A stretch of DNA of 64,000 nt, from the NCBI GenBank assembly GCA_965223155.1, contig CBDCVR010000015.1, positions 448,001 to 512,000 of the forward strand, read 5' to 3'. The stretch comes from Candidatus Multivoradales bacterium. GTDB taxonomy: Bacteria; Acidobacteriota; Thermoanaerobaculia; Multivoradales; JAHEKO01. Both the position numbers and the translations under genes were made by a program. Positions 56,963-64,000 of this stretch are shown here, piece after piece. The first letter of the stretch is position 1. Every line of letters starts with the position of its first letter. The notes below the pieces were generated by a model that ran no database searches, was not told the DNA's origin, and saw only the letters and a program-made list of their open reading frames with translations.

Positions 56963-58627
56963 CTAGGTCTGAAACACGCCAGTACGGAATTCCGGCAGCT
57001 CGGGATTCGCCGCCGCCGCCGCCAGCGACCGCGACAGCACGTCCCGGGTCTCGGCCGGATCGATGATCGCGTCCACCCAGAGCCGCGCCGCCGCATAGCG
57101 CGGGTCCATGGCGTCCGCGTAGCGCTTCTGTATGCGCTCCAGGAGCTCGGCTCGTTCGGCCTCGCCCAGCTCGTCGCCGCGGTTCTTGAGCTGAATCGAG
57201 AGCAAGGTCTTGGACGCTTGCTCGCCGCCCATCACGGCGATCGCCGCCGAAGGCCAAGCGTAGACGAACCGAGCTCCGTAGGCCTTGCCGCACATGGCGT
57301 AGTTGCCGGCGCCGTAAGAGTTGCCCACGAAGACCGTGATCTTGGGCACGACCGAGTTGGCGACGGCGTTGACCATCTTCGCGCCGTCCTTGATGATGCC
57401 GCCGCGCTCGGCCCGGCTGCCAACCATGAAGCCGGTCACGTCCTGCAGAAACACCAGCGGGATGCCCTTCTGGTTGCAAAGCTCGACAAAGCGGGCACCC
57501 TTGTCGGCCGAGTCCGAGTAGATGACGCCGCCGATCTGGAGCTCGCGGTCTGCCTGACCGGTACCGGTCTTGCGCCGCACGATGGAACGTTGGTTGGCGA
57601 CGATGCCCACCGCCCAACCGTCGATCCAGCCGGTGCCGCACAGTAGAGTCTGGCCGTAGTTGGCCTTGAACTCGTCGAACTCGCCTCCGTCCAGAAGCCG
57701 GAGCAGCAGCTCGCGGCCCTCGTACGGCCGGGTACGGTCGATTGGCATGACGCCGTAGAGCTCGTCGGACGGCCGTCCCGGCGGTTGCGGCTCGCGCCGC
57801 GCGAAGGGAGCGGTCTCAGAGCGCGCCAGTTGGGCGAACTGACGACGGATGGCTTCCAGGCAGGTGCGGTCGTCCGGGTGCCGGTGATCCACGACGCCCG
57901 AAACATCCGCCTGCACCAGCGCTCCGCCCAGCTCTTCGTTGTCGATTTCCTCGCCGATGGCCGCCTTGACCAGATGCGAGCCGGCCAGGAAGATCGATCC
58001 AGTGGTCTCGACGATATGGGACTCGTCGCTCATGATCGGCAGGTAGGCACCGCCCGCCACGCACGGCCCCATAACCGCCGCGGACTGGAAGATCCCGGCC
58101 GCGGACAGGCGGGCGTTGTTGTAGAAGGCGCGGCCGAAGTGCTCGCGATCCGGAAAGATCTCGTCCTGCATGGGCAGGAAGACGCCCGCCGAGTCCACGA
58201 GATACACGACAGGCAGACGGTTTTCGAGGGCGATCTCCTGGGCGCGCAACACCTTCTTGCAGGTGAGCGGAAACCAGGCGCCGGCCTTGACCGTGGCGTC
58301 GTTGGCGACGACCACGGCGTCGCGTCCGGCGATGGCTCCAATTCCGACCACCACGCCCGCCGCGGGGGCGCCACCGTATTCCGAATAGAAGCCGTGCGCC
58401 GCCCACAGGCCGAGCTCCAAGAAGGGGGTGTCCGGATCGCACAGGACGGCGATCCTCTCGCGGGCCGAGAGCTTGCCCTTGGCCGCCTGCCGGGCGTGCC
58501 GCTTGGCCCCGCCGCCCTCGCGCAGCTTGGCCTCCTCGTGGCGCAGCGCCTCTAACGCTTCACGCCAGTGGCTCGACCTGGCCTCGAAGGTCTCGTCCGC
58601 GTCGATCCTGCTGGTAAGAACGCTCAT
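56963..58627 (-). CDS. liuB: Methylcrotonyl-CoA carboxylase beta subunit (acyl-CoA carboxyltransferase)
   Basis: ANDATVKAGAW, DSAGVFLPMQDEIFPD, CVAGGAYLP, GAGNYAMCGKAY, ARLWVD. Confidence 0.9.
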   Translation of the reverse strand: MSVLTSRIDADETFEARSSHWREALEALRHEEAKLREGGGAKRHARQAAKGKLSARERIAVLCDPDTPFLELGLWAAHGFYSEYGGAPAAGVVVGIGAIAGRDAVVVANDATVKAGAWFPLTCKKVLRAQEIALENRLPVVYLVDSAGVFLPMQDEIFPDREHFGRAFYNNARLSAAGIFQSAAVMGPCVAGGAYLPIMSDESHIVETTGSIFLAGSHLVKAAIGEEIDNEELGGALVQADVSGVVDHRHPDDRTCLEAIRRQFAQLARSETAPFARREPQPPGRPSDELYGVMPIDRTRPYEGRELLLRLLDGGEFDEFKANYGQTLLCGTGWIDGWAVGIVANQRSIVRRKTGTGQADRELQIGGVIYSDSADKGARFVELCNQKGIPLVFLQDVTGFMVGSRAERGGIIKDGAKMVNAVANSVVPKITVFVGNSYGAGNYAMCGKAYGARFVYAWPSAAIAVMGGEQASKTLLSIQLKNRGDELGEAERAELLERIQKRYADAMDPRYAAARLWVDAIIDPAETRDVLSRSLAAAAANPELPEFRTGVFQT

Positions 58628-58676
58628 CCCCGGCTGAGGACGATATCAGCGTCCCAGGCCCTGCTAGCATTCCAAC

Positions 58677-59348
58677 GTGCGGATTCGGATCCTGGCCTTC
58701 GCGACCGCCGCCGAGGCGCTTGGTGGCCGCGAACACGACCTCGAGCTTCCGGACGGCGGCACCGTGGGCGATCTCCTCGAGCGCCTGGCGGGCCAGGCGC
58801 CCGAGCTGGCTGAGCTCTCCTCGCGGCTGGCGCTCGCCATCGACGGCGAGCTGGTGGGACCGGAAGCGGCGCTTACTGACGGCTGTGAGCTGGCCCTCCT
58901 ACCGCCGGTCTCCGGCGGCGGCCCCAGGCTGGTACGCGAGCCGATCGATCCCGCCTCGATCTTTCAGCCCAATCCCGCCTGCGGCGCCGAGGTGGTGTTT
59001 CTCGGGCGCGTGCGCGATCACTCCTCCGGCCGCGCCGTGGTCCGCATCACCTACGACGGCTACGAAGCGATGGCCGACCATGGACTCGACCGCATCGCCC
59101 GGGAGCTGACCCGGGACGGAGTCGAAGTCGAGATCGTTCACCGGCTGGGCGAGGTCGAGGTCGGCGAGGCCAGCGTCGCCATCGCGGCCCGCTCCGCCCA
59201 CCGCGAAGAGGCTTTTGCCGCTTGCCGGCGGGCGCTCGAACGGATCAAGAGCGAAGTTCCAATCTGGAAGCTCGAGCACTACGCCGACGGCTCGGCCGCC
59301 TGGCGCGAGGAAGAACGCCTCGGGCCTACTCGACCACCTGAACTCTGA
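58677..59348 (+). CDS. moaE: MoaD-MoaE fusion molybdopterin synthase (MoaX-type)
   Basis: MoaD part ending LLPPVSGG, then MoaE FLGRVRD, HRLG, SAHR, VPIWKLE. Confidence 0.9.
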   Translation: MRIRILAFATAAEALGGREHDLELPDGGTVGDLLERLAGQAPELAELSSRLALAIDGELVGPEAALTDGCELALLPPVSGGGPRLVREPIDPASIFQPNPACGAEVVFLGRVRDHSSGRAVVRITYDGYEAMADHGLDRIARELTRDGVEVEIVHRLGEVEVGEASVAIAARSAHREEAFAACRRALERIKSEVPIWKLEHYADGSAAWREEERLGPTRPPEL

Positions 59349-60681
59349 CGTAGGCGGCAAGCCAACCGTCCAAGGCTTGCCAGTCGCGGTCCAGCGCGTT
59401 CCGGAGAGCTTCCCCGTCGGCGGGACCGCCGGCGGCGACGCCCGCGAGGAACCGGCGCAGCCCCCGGCCCAGGTCCGGCTGACTGCCGTCCAACAAGGAC
59501 CGGATCCAGAAGGAAGCCTGAGCGTAGCGGAGGCTTCGGGCCCGCTCGTCGCCGTCTGCGCTCCACTCGGAGCCGACCAGATCGGATAGGGACGGCAGTT
59601 CCTCTCGATCCAGGGCACGGCGGAGCTGGATCGCCGCGGCCCGCCCGCCCCGCCACTCGATCGAGTCCAACCGCCGCCTGTAGGCGCCGCCCAGACGATC
59701 CGCTTCGAGTACGCCGGTAGCGCCGATCCGCGCTTGCCCGAGATCATCAGCCAAGCCCTCCTCGAGCCACGCCGGCAAGGCCGGGCCCAAGGCGCGCCGG
59801 TTGAGCAGATGCACCAGCTCGTGCACCAGAGTCGCGGCGACTTCAGCGGCGGTCCGGTCCTGGACGTAGCTCGCCACGATGCCGGCATGGGCGAAGCCCG
59901 GCGCGTCCGGACGGGAGATGCCGTCGTTCGCCTCCTGGAACCGGGCATACGATTCGTAGCCGGCAAAGAGGACGATCGTCTCGGCCGGATGGCCGATCGG
60001 CTCGACGCCGTAGCCGGCGGCGTACGCCGGCTCGACCTGGCCCACGACCCGGTCGAGGTAGGCCAGGAGCTCGGCATCCCGAACGTCGGCGACGAGAGCG
60101 TACGGGCCGAGCGCGGTTACTGTGCCGGCGGTGCCGGTAGCACGGGCTGCCGGATCCAGCAGCCGGCGAGCCGCTGCCAGAAGATCCGGGTCGGCGGGCC
60201 TCGCGGGAACCGGCAGCGGCGGGCTGGGCGCGCTTCCCAGCGGAGGCTCCGATCCCGCGGCCGGCTGCGGGAAGAGCTCGACCCAGGCTTCCAGATTCCG
60301 ATAGCCGACCCGGTACCAGGAGCCCCGGCGCTCCAGGACCGGCAGGTTGCTCGCCGCTTCGGTAGTCGCGAGCGGAGTCGTACCGGCGTCGGGGACCTGA
60401 AAGAGCGCGGAGTCCTGAGGAACCCAGACTCGGGGCCTCAGCTCGTAGCTTCCCGGAACGATCTCGTAGAGGATCTCGACGCCGGTCTCTTCATCCTCGA
60501 GCGAGGTCGCGGGAGCCGCCCGGTACCGCTCGGCCAGGCGTTCGATCCAGGGGCCCACGAGCGGCCAGCTCGCCGCCGTGCGCACGGCGGCCGCATCCGG
60601 AGCGCGCGTGATTCCGGCGAAACCGCCGGCCAGGCCCAAGAGCCCGAGCAGAACGCAGATTCCCAACGGATCCCGCCGCAC
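59326..60681 (-). CDS. Membrane-anchored protein with SH3-like region and HEXXH gluzincin domain
   Basis: N-terminal hydrophobic segment; WYRV...AWV; VHELVH...WLEEGLA; YAQA. Confidence 0.7.
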   Translation of the reverse strand: MRRDPLGICVLLGLLGLAGGFAGITRAPDAAAVRTAASWPLVGPWIERLAERYRAAPATSLEDEETGVEILYEIVPGSYELRPRVWVPQDSALFQVPDAGTTPLATTEAASNLPVLERRGSWYRVGYRNLEAWVELFPQPAAGSEPPLGSAPSPPLPVPARPADPDLLAAARRLLDPAARATGTAGTVTALGPYALVADVRDAELLAYLDRVVGQVEPAYAAGYGVEPIGHPAETIVLFAGYESYARFQEANDGISRPDAPGFAHAGIVASYVQDRTAAEVAATLVHELVHLLNRRALGPALPAWLEEGLADDLGQARIGATGVLEADRLGGAYRRRLDSIEWRGGRAAAIQLRRALDREELPSLSDLVGSEWSADGDERARSLRYAQASFWIRSLLDGSQPDLGRGLRRFLAGVAAGGPADGEALRNALDRDWQALDGWLAAYVRVQVVE

Positions 60682-60699
60682 CGATCCGATCTCCGCCGC

Positions 60700-61896
60700 T
60701 CAGTAGCGCGGCATCGCTGGATCCACCTCGCGGCTCCAAGCGTCGATCCCACCAGACAAATTCCAAACGCGATCGAATCCCTGGGCACGCAGGAAGTGAA
60801 CCGCCTGGGCCGAGCGAATGCCGTGATGGCAGTAGACGATCACCGGCCGGTCGCGGTCGATCTCCTCGAATCGTCCCGGGAGCTGGTCCAGCGGCAGCCA
60901 CCGCGACTCGGCCAGGCAGCAGACGTCGCGTTCGATCCGGTTGCGGACGTCCACGAGGTCGAGTCCCTCGCCCGCCTCCCGCCACGAGGCCACCTGGCGC
61001 ACCGTGACGTCGAAGCTCTCGAGGTTCAATTCGGATAGGTCAGCACTGGCGGCCCTCTCCGGCGCTCCGGACAACTCCTCGGGTTCGCACGCCGCGGCCG
61101 AGTTCTCGAGAGTGGTTCGGGTCGGGGCATCGCCGCAGATCGAGCACTCCGGATCCCGGGGCAGCCGCAATTCCCGGAAGCCTCCCTTGAGCGCGTCGAA
61201 AAGCAGCAGCCTGCCGATGAGCGGCTCGCCTTCGCCCAGAATCAGCTTGATCGCCTCGCTGGCCTGGAGCGAGCCCACGATCCCCGGAAGAACGCCCAGA
61301 ACGCCGGCTTCGGCACAGGACGGGACCGCGCCCGGTGGCGGCGGCTCCGGGAACAGGCACCGATAGCAAGGGCCGCCTTCGGCGCCGAACACCGAGACCT
61401 GGCCCTCGAACCGGTAGATCGATCCGTACACATTGGGCCGGCCGGTCAGAACGCAAGCGTCGTTGACGAGATAGCGCGTCGAGAAATTGTCGCTACCGTC
61501 GACCACGAGATCGAACCGGGCGAAGAGGTCGAGCGCGTTGGCTGCGTCGATTCTCACGGACACCAGCTCGACCTCGACGTGGGGATTGATCTGGGCGATC
61601 CGATCACGCGCGGCCTCGACCTTGGGCCGGCCGACGTCGCTCGAGGAATAGAGGATCTGGCGCTGAAGATTCGACTCGTCCACCCGGTCGAAATCCGCCA
61701 CGCCCAGGCGGCCGACGCCGGCCGCGGCCAGGTAGAGCGCGGCCGGAGAGCCCAGTCCACCCGCGCCGACCAGGAGCACGCTGGCTCGTTTCAAGCGCAG
61801 CTGTCCCGAGCGGCCGACCTCGGGCAGGATCAAGTGCCGGCCGTAGCGACGCTTCTCGGCCTGGGTCAGCTCATCGGCAACCGGCACCGTCACCAC
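60700..61896 (-). CDS. moeB: MoeB/MoeZ adenylyltransferase with C-terminal rhodanese domain
   Basis: RYGRH, GAGGLGSP, SNLQRQ, CYRC, SCAEAGVLG, CSIC, VYCHHGIRS. Confidence 0.95.
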   Translation of the reverse strand: MVTVPVADELTQAEKRRYGRHLILPEVGRSGQLRLKRASVLLVGAGGLGSPAALYLAAAGVGRLGVADFDRVDESNLQRQILYSSSDVGRPKVEAARDRIAQINPHVEVELVSVRIDAANALDLFARFDLVVDGSDNFSTRYLVNDACVLTGRPNVYGSIYRFEGQVSVFGAEGGPCYRCLFPEPPPPGAVPSCAEAGVLGVLPGIVGSLQASEAIKLILGEGEPLIGRLLLFDALKGGFRELRLPRDPECSICGDAPTRTTLENSAAACEPEELSGAPERAASADLSELNLESFDVTVRQVASWREAGEGLDLVDVRNRIERDVCCLAESRWLPLDQLPGRFEEIDRDRPVIVYCHHGIRSAQAVHFLRAQGFDRVWNLSGGIDAWSREVDPAMPRY

Positions 61897-61899
61897 GCT

Positions 61900-62376
61900 C
61901 TAGGGACGCTCCGCGCCGGAAACCTCGACCGGAACGATCGTCTGTTCCTCGAACCTCGGACCGCCCGGCGAGCCGTCAGATAGGCGCCAACAACGCAATT
62001 CGGTGAGCGCGTTGCCGTCGAATCCCAGGATGACATAGCTGGTCTCGGGCCAGGCCGCCTCCCGGTCGCTCCCGCTCGGCCGGGCGGCCCCGGCGGGATG
62101 CGAATGATAGTACCCGACAATCTCCTGCCCCGCCGCTCGCGCCCGGCGGTGGGCGGCCACGAGCTCGCGGGGTCGGATCTCATAGGCGTTCCGCGCGTCG
62201 GCGCTGGCGTTCGCGGCGGGATGAATCGAACGGACCCGGACTGCCTTCGCTTCGCGATCACTCCCGGCATGCCCAAGCAAGACGCCACAACATTCCTCGG
62301 GAAGGCTGGCCTCGGCCAGGAAGCGTAACCTGGCCAGGAGCCGGGCAGGAATCCGGATCGAGTCTCGACCCGCCAC
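61900..62376 (-). CDS. JAB/MPN (M67, Mec-like) metalloprotease
   Basis: PEECCGVLLG, YHSHP...PSGSD JAMM motif; probable GTG start at 62376. Confidence 0.88.
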   Translation of the reverse strand: MAGRDSIRIPARLLARLRFLAEASLPEECCGVLLGHAGSDREAKAVRVRSIHPAANASADARNAYEIRPRELVAAHRRARAAGQEIVGYYHSHPAGAARPSGSDREAAWPETSYVILGFDGNALTELRCWRLSDGSPGGPRFEEQTIVPVEVSGAERP

Positions 62377-62378
62377 GA

Positions 62379-63233
62379 TCAGGGCAGTCCGACGATCAGC
62401 GACATCGCAATCGATGCCACCGTCGCGACCAGCAGACCCAGAGCCAGAGCCACGTGGTCGGCGCCTTCGGGCCGGTGCGGGTTCAAGACCGCGGCGAGCG
62501 CGTAACCGCCGACGAAGCCGCCCAGGTGGGCCCAGTTGTCGACGCCCGGAACCAGGAGGCCGAACACGAAGAGCGCCAGAGCGTAGCCCCAGGCCTGGCG
62601 GCCGAGCTGGCTCGCGACGCCCTTGCGGCCGGCATAGACGAGAGCGCCCAGCAGGCCGAAGACCGCCGCCGACGCCCCCACCGAGATCGCGTAGGGATGG
62701 CCACCCATCAGGAAGCTCAGCGGCTGTAGAAAGGCGCCGCCGAACGAGCTGGCCAGGAAGCCCACGACCGACGAAATCAAGTAGACGACCAGCATTCTTC
62801 CGGGGCCGAAGACCATCGAGGTCGCGGGCGCCAGCTGGCGCACCCACATCATGTTGAACAGGATGTGAATCGCGCCGCCGTGGAGCCAGCCGGCGCTCAG
62901 CACCGTCCACCAGCGGCCCGCCTGGACCACCGGCAGCGCGCCGCTCGCGCCCAGGCGAAAGAGCGATTCCCGACCCGGCGACAGCAGGCCGAAAAGACCC
63001 TGGAAGCCAATGGCGGCAGGATCCAGGACCAGGCTCAGGACGTAAAGGGCGGCGCAGCCGGCGACGATGACCTTGGTGGCAGCCTCGTCCAGATTCAGAC
63101 GCTTGAGGACGCCGGCAAACCCCCACATGCCGGGGTTCTTGCGGCCACAGTTCAGGCACACGTCCTGACCAACACCGACCAGGCGGCCGCAGGACGGACA
63201 CACCACCGAACCGGTCTTCTGACGGCGGAGCAA
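62379..63233 (-). CDS. Rhomboid family intramembrane serine protease
   Basis: N-terminal CPSC...CLNC; HILFNM, GASAAVFG, AHLGG. Confidence 0.92.
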   Translation of the reverse strand: MLRRQKTGSVVCPSCGRLVGVGQDVCLNCGRKNPGMWGFAGVLKRLNLDEAATKVIVAGCAALYVLSLVLDPAAIGFQGLFGLLSPGRESLFRLGASGALPVVQAGRWWTVLSAGWLHGGAIHILFNMMWVRQLAPATSMVFGPGRMLVVYLISSVVGFLASSFGGAFLQPLSFLMGGHPYAISVGASAAVFGLLGALVYAGRKGVASQLGRQAWGYALALFVFGLLVPGVDNWAHLGGFVGGYALAAVLNPHRPEGADHVALALGLLVATVASIAMSLIVGLP

Positions 63234-63239
63234 GGTCTG

Positions 63240-63485
63240 CTAGTCCTCGCCGCCCGACTCGGGCGCGCCCGAGTCGTCTTCGTCGAGGTCGTCTACGATC
63301 TGACGCACCTCGAGCTCCGCCTTGCGAATCTTTCCCCGGCACAGCTCCAAGAGGCCGGCGGCCTTCTTGAGCTGGCCGGCCAGCTCGTCCAGGTCGATTT
63401 CCTCGCCCTCGATACGCTTCAGGATCGTCTCCAGCTCGGCGATGGCTGAGCTGAAGGACGGTTCGGCTTCGGCAATGTCGTTCAT
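63240..63485 (-). CDS. xseB: Exodeoxyribonuclease VII small subunit
   Basis: SFSSAIAELETIL..IE..EIDLDEL...C..KIRKAE. Confidence 0.9.
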   Translation of the reverse strand: MNDIAEAEPSFSSAIAELETILKRIEGEEIDLDELAGQLKKAAGLLELCRGKIRKAELEVRQIVDDLDEDDSGAPESGGED

Positions 63486-64000
63486 AGATCTCCCTCGGCC
63501 TCGACTCGACTCGAGATCGTACCCCGAGCCAGCTCTGTTTCGAGCCTCGCTCCCGGCTCGACGTCCGCCGGCGAACGCACCAGCCGGCCGTCACTCCGAG
63601 TCACCGAAAAGCCCCGCCGGAGCGTCCGGGCAGGCGCTAGCTCGACACACAGCCGGCTCATCCCCTCCAGGCGCTCGCCAGCCAGTCCCAACCGGTGGCC
63701 GATGCGCTCGCCGATGGTCGTGACCAGGCGGCCGGCAACGGGACCCCGGCTCGCGATCATCGCCAGAGCCGCACCGCGGAGCTCGAGCGCCAACCTCTCC
63801 CGCCGGCGCCGGGCGCTCCGGCTCCGGGCCCCGGCGCGCTCCACGAGGCCGCGCTGGACCCTCTCGAGCCGCCGCGCCGCACGGTCAACCGTTGCCGAGG
63901 CCCGTTCCAGTCCATGGCCGAGCCGAGCCAGGGTCTCCCGGGCCCCGAACAAGGGTTCGCTAGTAGCGGCGACGAGCCGGCTGCGTCCGGCGTCGAGCAA
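63482..64000 (-). CDS. xseA: Exodeoxyribonuclease VII large subunit, C-terminal part (starts outside window)
   Basis: LAPARTLRRGFSV...LARGTI; overlaps xseB start. Confidence 0.85.
   Translation of the reverse strand: MLDAGRSRLVAATSEPLFGARETLARLGHGLERASATVDRAARRLERVQRGLVERAGARSRSARRRRERLALELRGAALAMIASRGPVAGRLVTTIGERIGHRLGLAGERLEGMSRLCVELAPARTLRRGFSVTRSDGRLVRSPADVEPGARLETELARGTISSRVEAEGDL

Noticed and set aside
54854-57646. 930 aa plus-strand ORF, and similar long ORFs such as 10276..12264, 42785..44866 and 59734..61038
   Set aside because: Antisense shadows of well-supported genes in high-GC DNA; no motifs
58677-62376. E1 + JAB + ubiquitin-like genes as an antiphage (CBASS/Bil-type) system
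   Set aside because: No E2, CD-NTase or effector; the E1 is an ordinary MoeZ and the Ubl is fused to MoaE
1-64000. tRNA, rRNA, transposase, integrase, prophage or CRISPR-cas genes
   Set aside because: None recognised; intergenic gaps are short and accounted for

Overview
High-GC bacterial chromosomal window, densely coding, with no rRNA, tRNA, CRISPR array or mobile element visible. Gene content suggests a diderm such as Acidobacteriota (inference only). All calls come from motif recognition by eye; no database searches were run. Two regions stand out. (1) A ~16 kb minus-strand run (4505-20468) joins hopanoid genes (shc, hpnH, hpnA, hpnG) and an uncharacterised exported alkaline-phosphatase-family gene to a lower mevalonate pathway of the haloarchaeal/Chloroflexi type. 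That pathway comprises class I HMG-CoA reductase, mevalonate kinase, a probable mevalonate-5-phosphate decarboxylase, isopentenyl phosphate kinase, IDI-2 and a prenyl-PP synthase, followed by a single-enzyme squalene synthase and a UbiD decarboxylase. (2) In a leucine-catabolism operon (53841-58627), the HMG-CoA lyase homolog has lost both GCP motifs and gained two TM helices. It is followed in frame, across one TAG stop, by a small histone-fold-like protein with two TM helices. The rest is mostly housekeeping: zapA-6S RNA-rny-ymdB, udk, mutM, holA, lapB, rlmH, ileS, tdk, xseAB, two ECF sigma/anti-sigma pairs and a MoaD-MoaE/MoeB/JAB sulfur-carrier module. There is also a radical-SAM homolog lacking its CxxxCxxC motif and several short intergenic tandem repeats.
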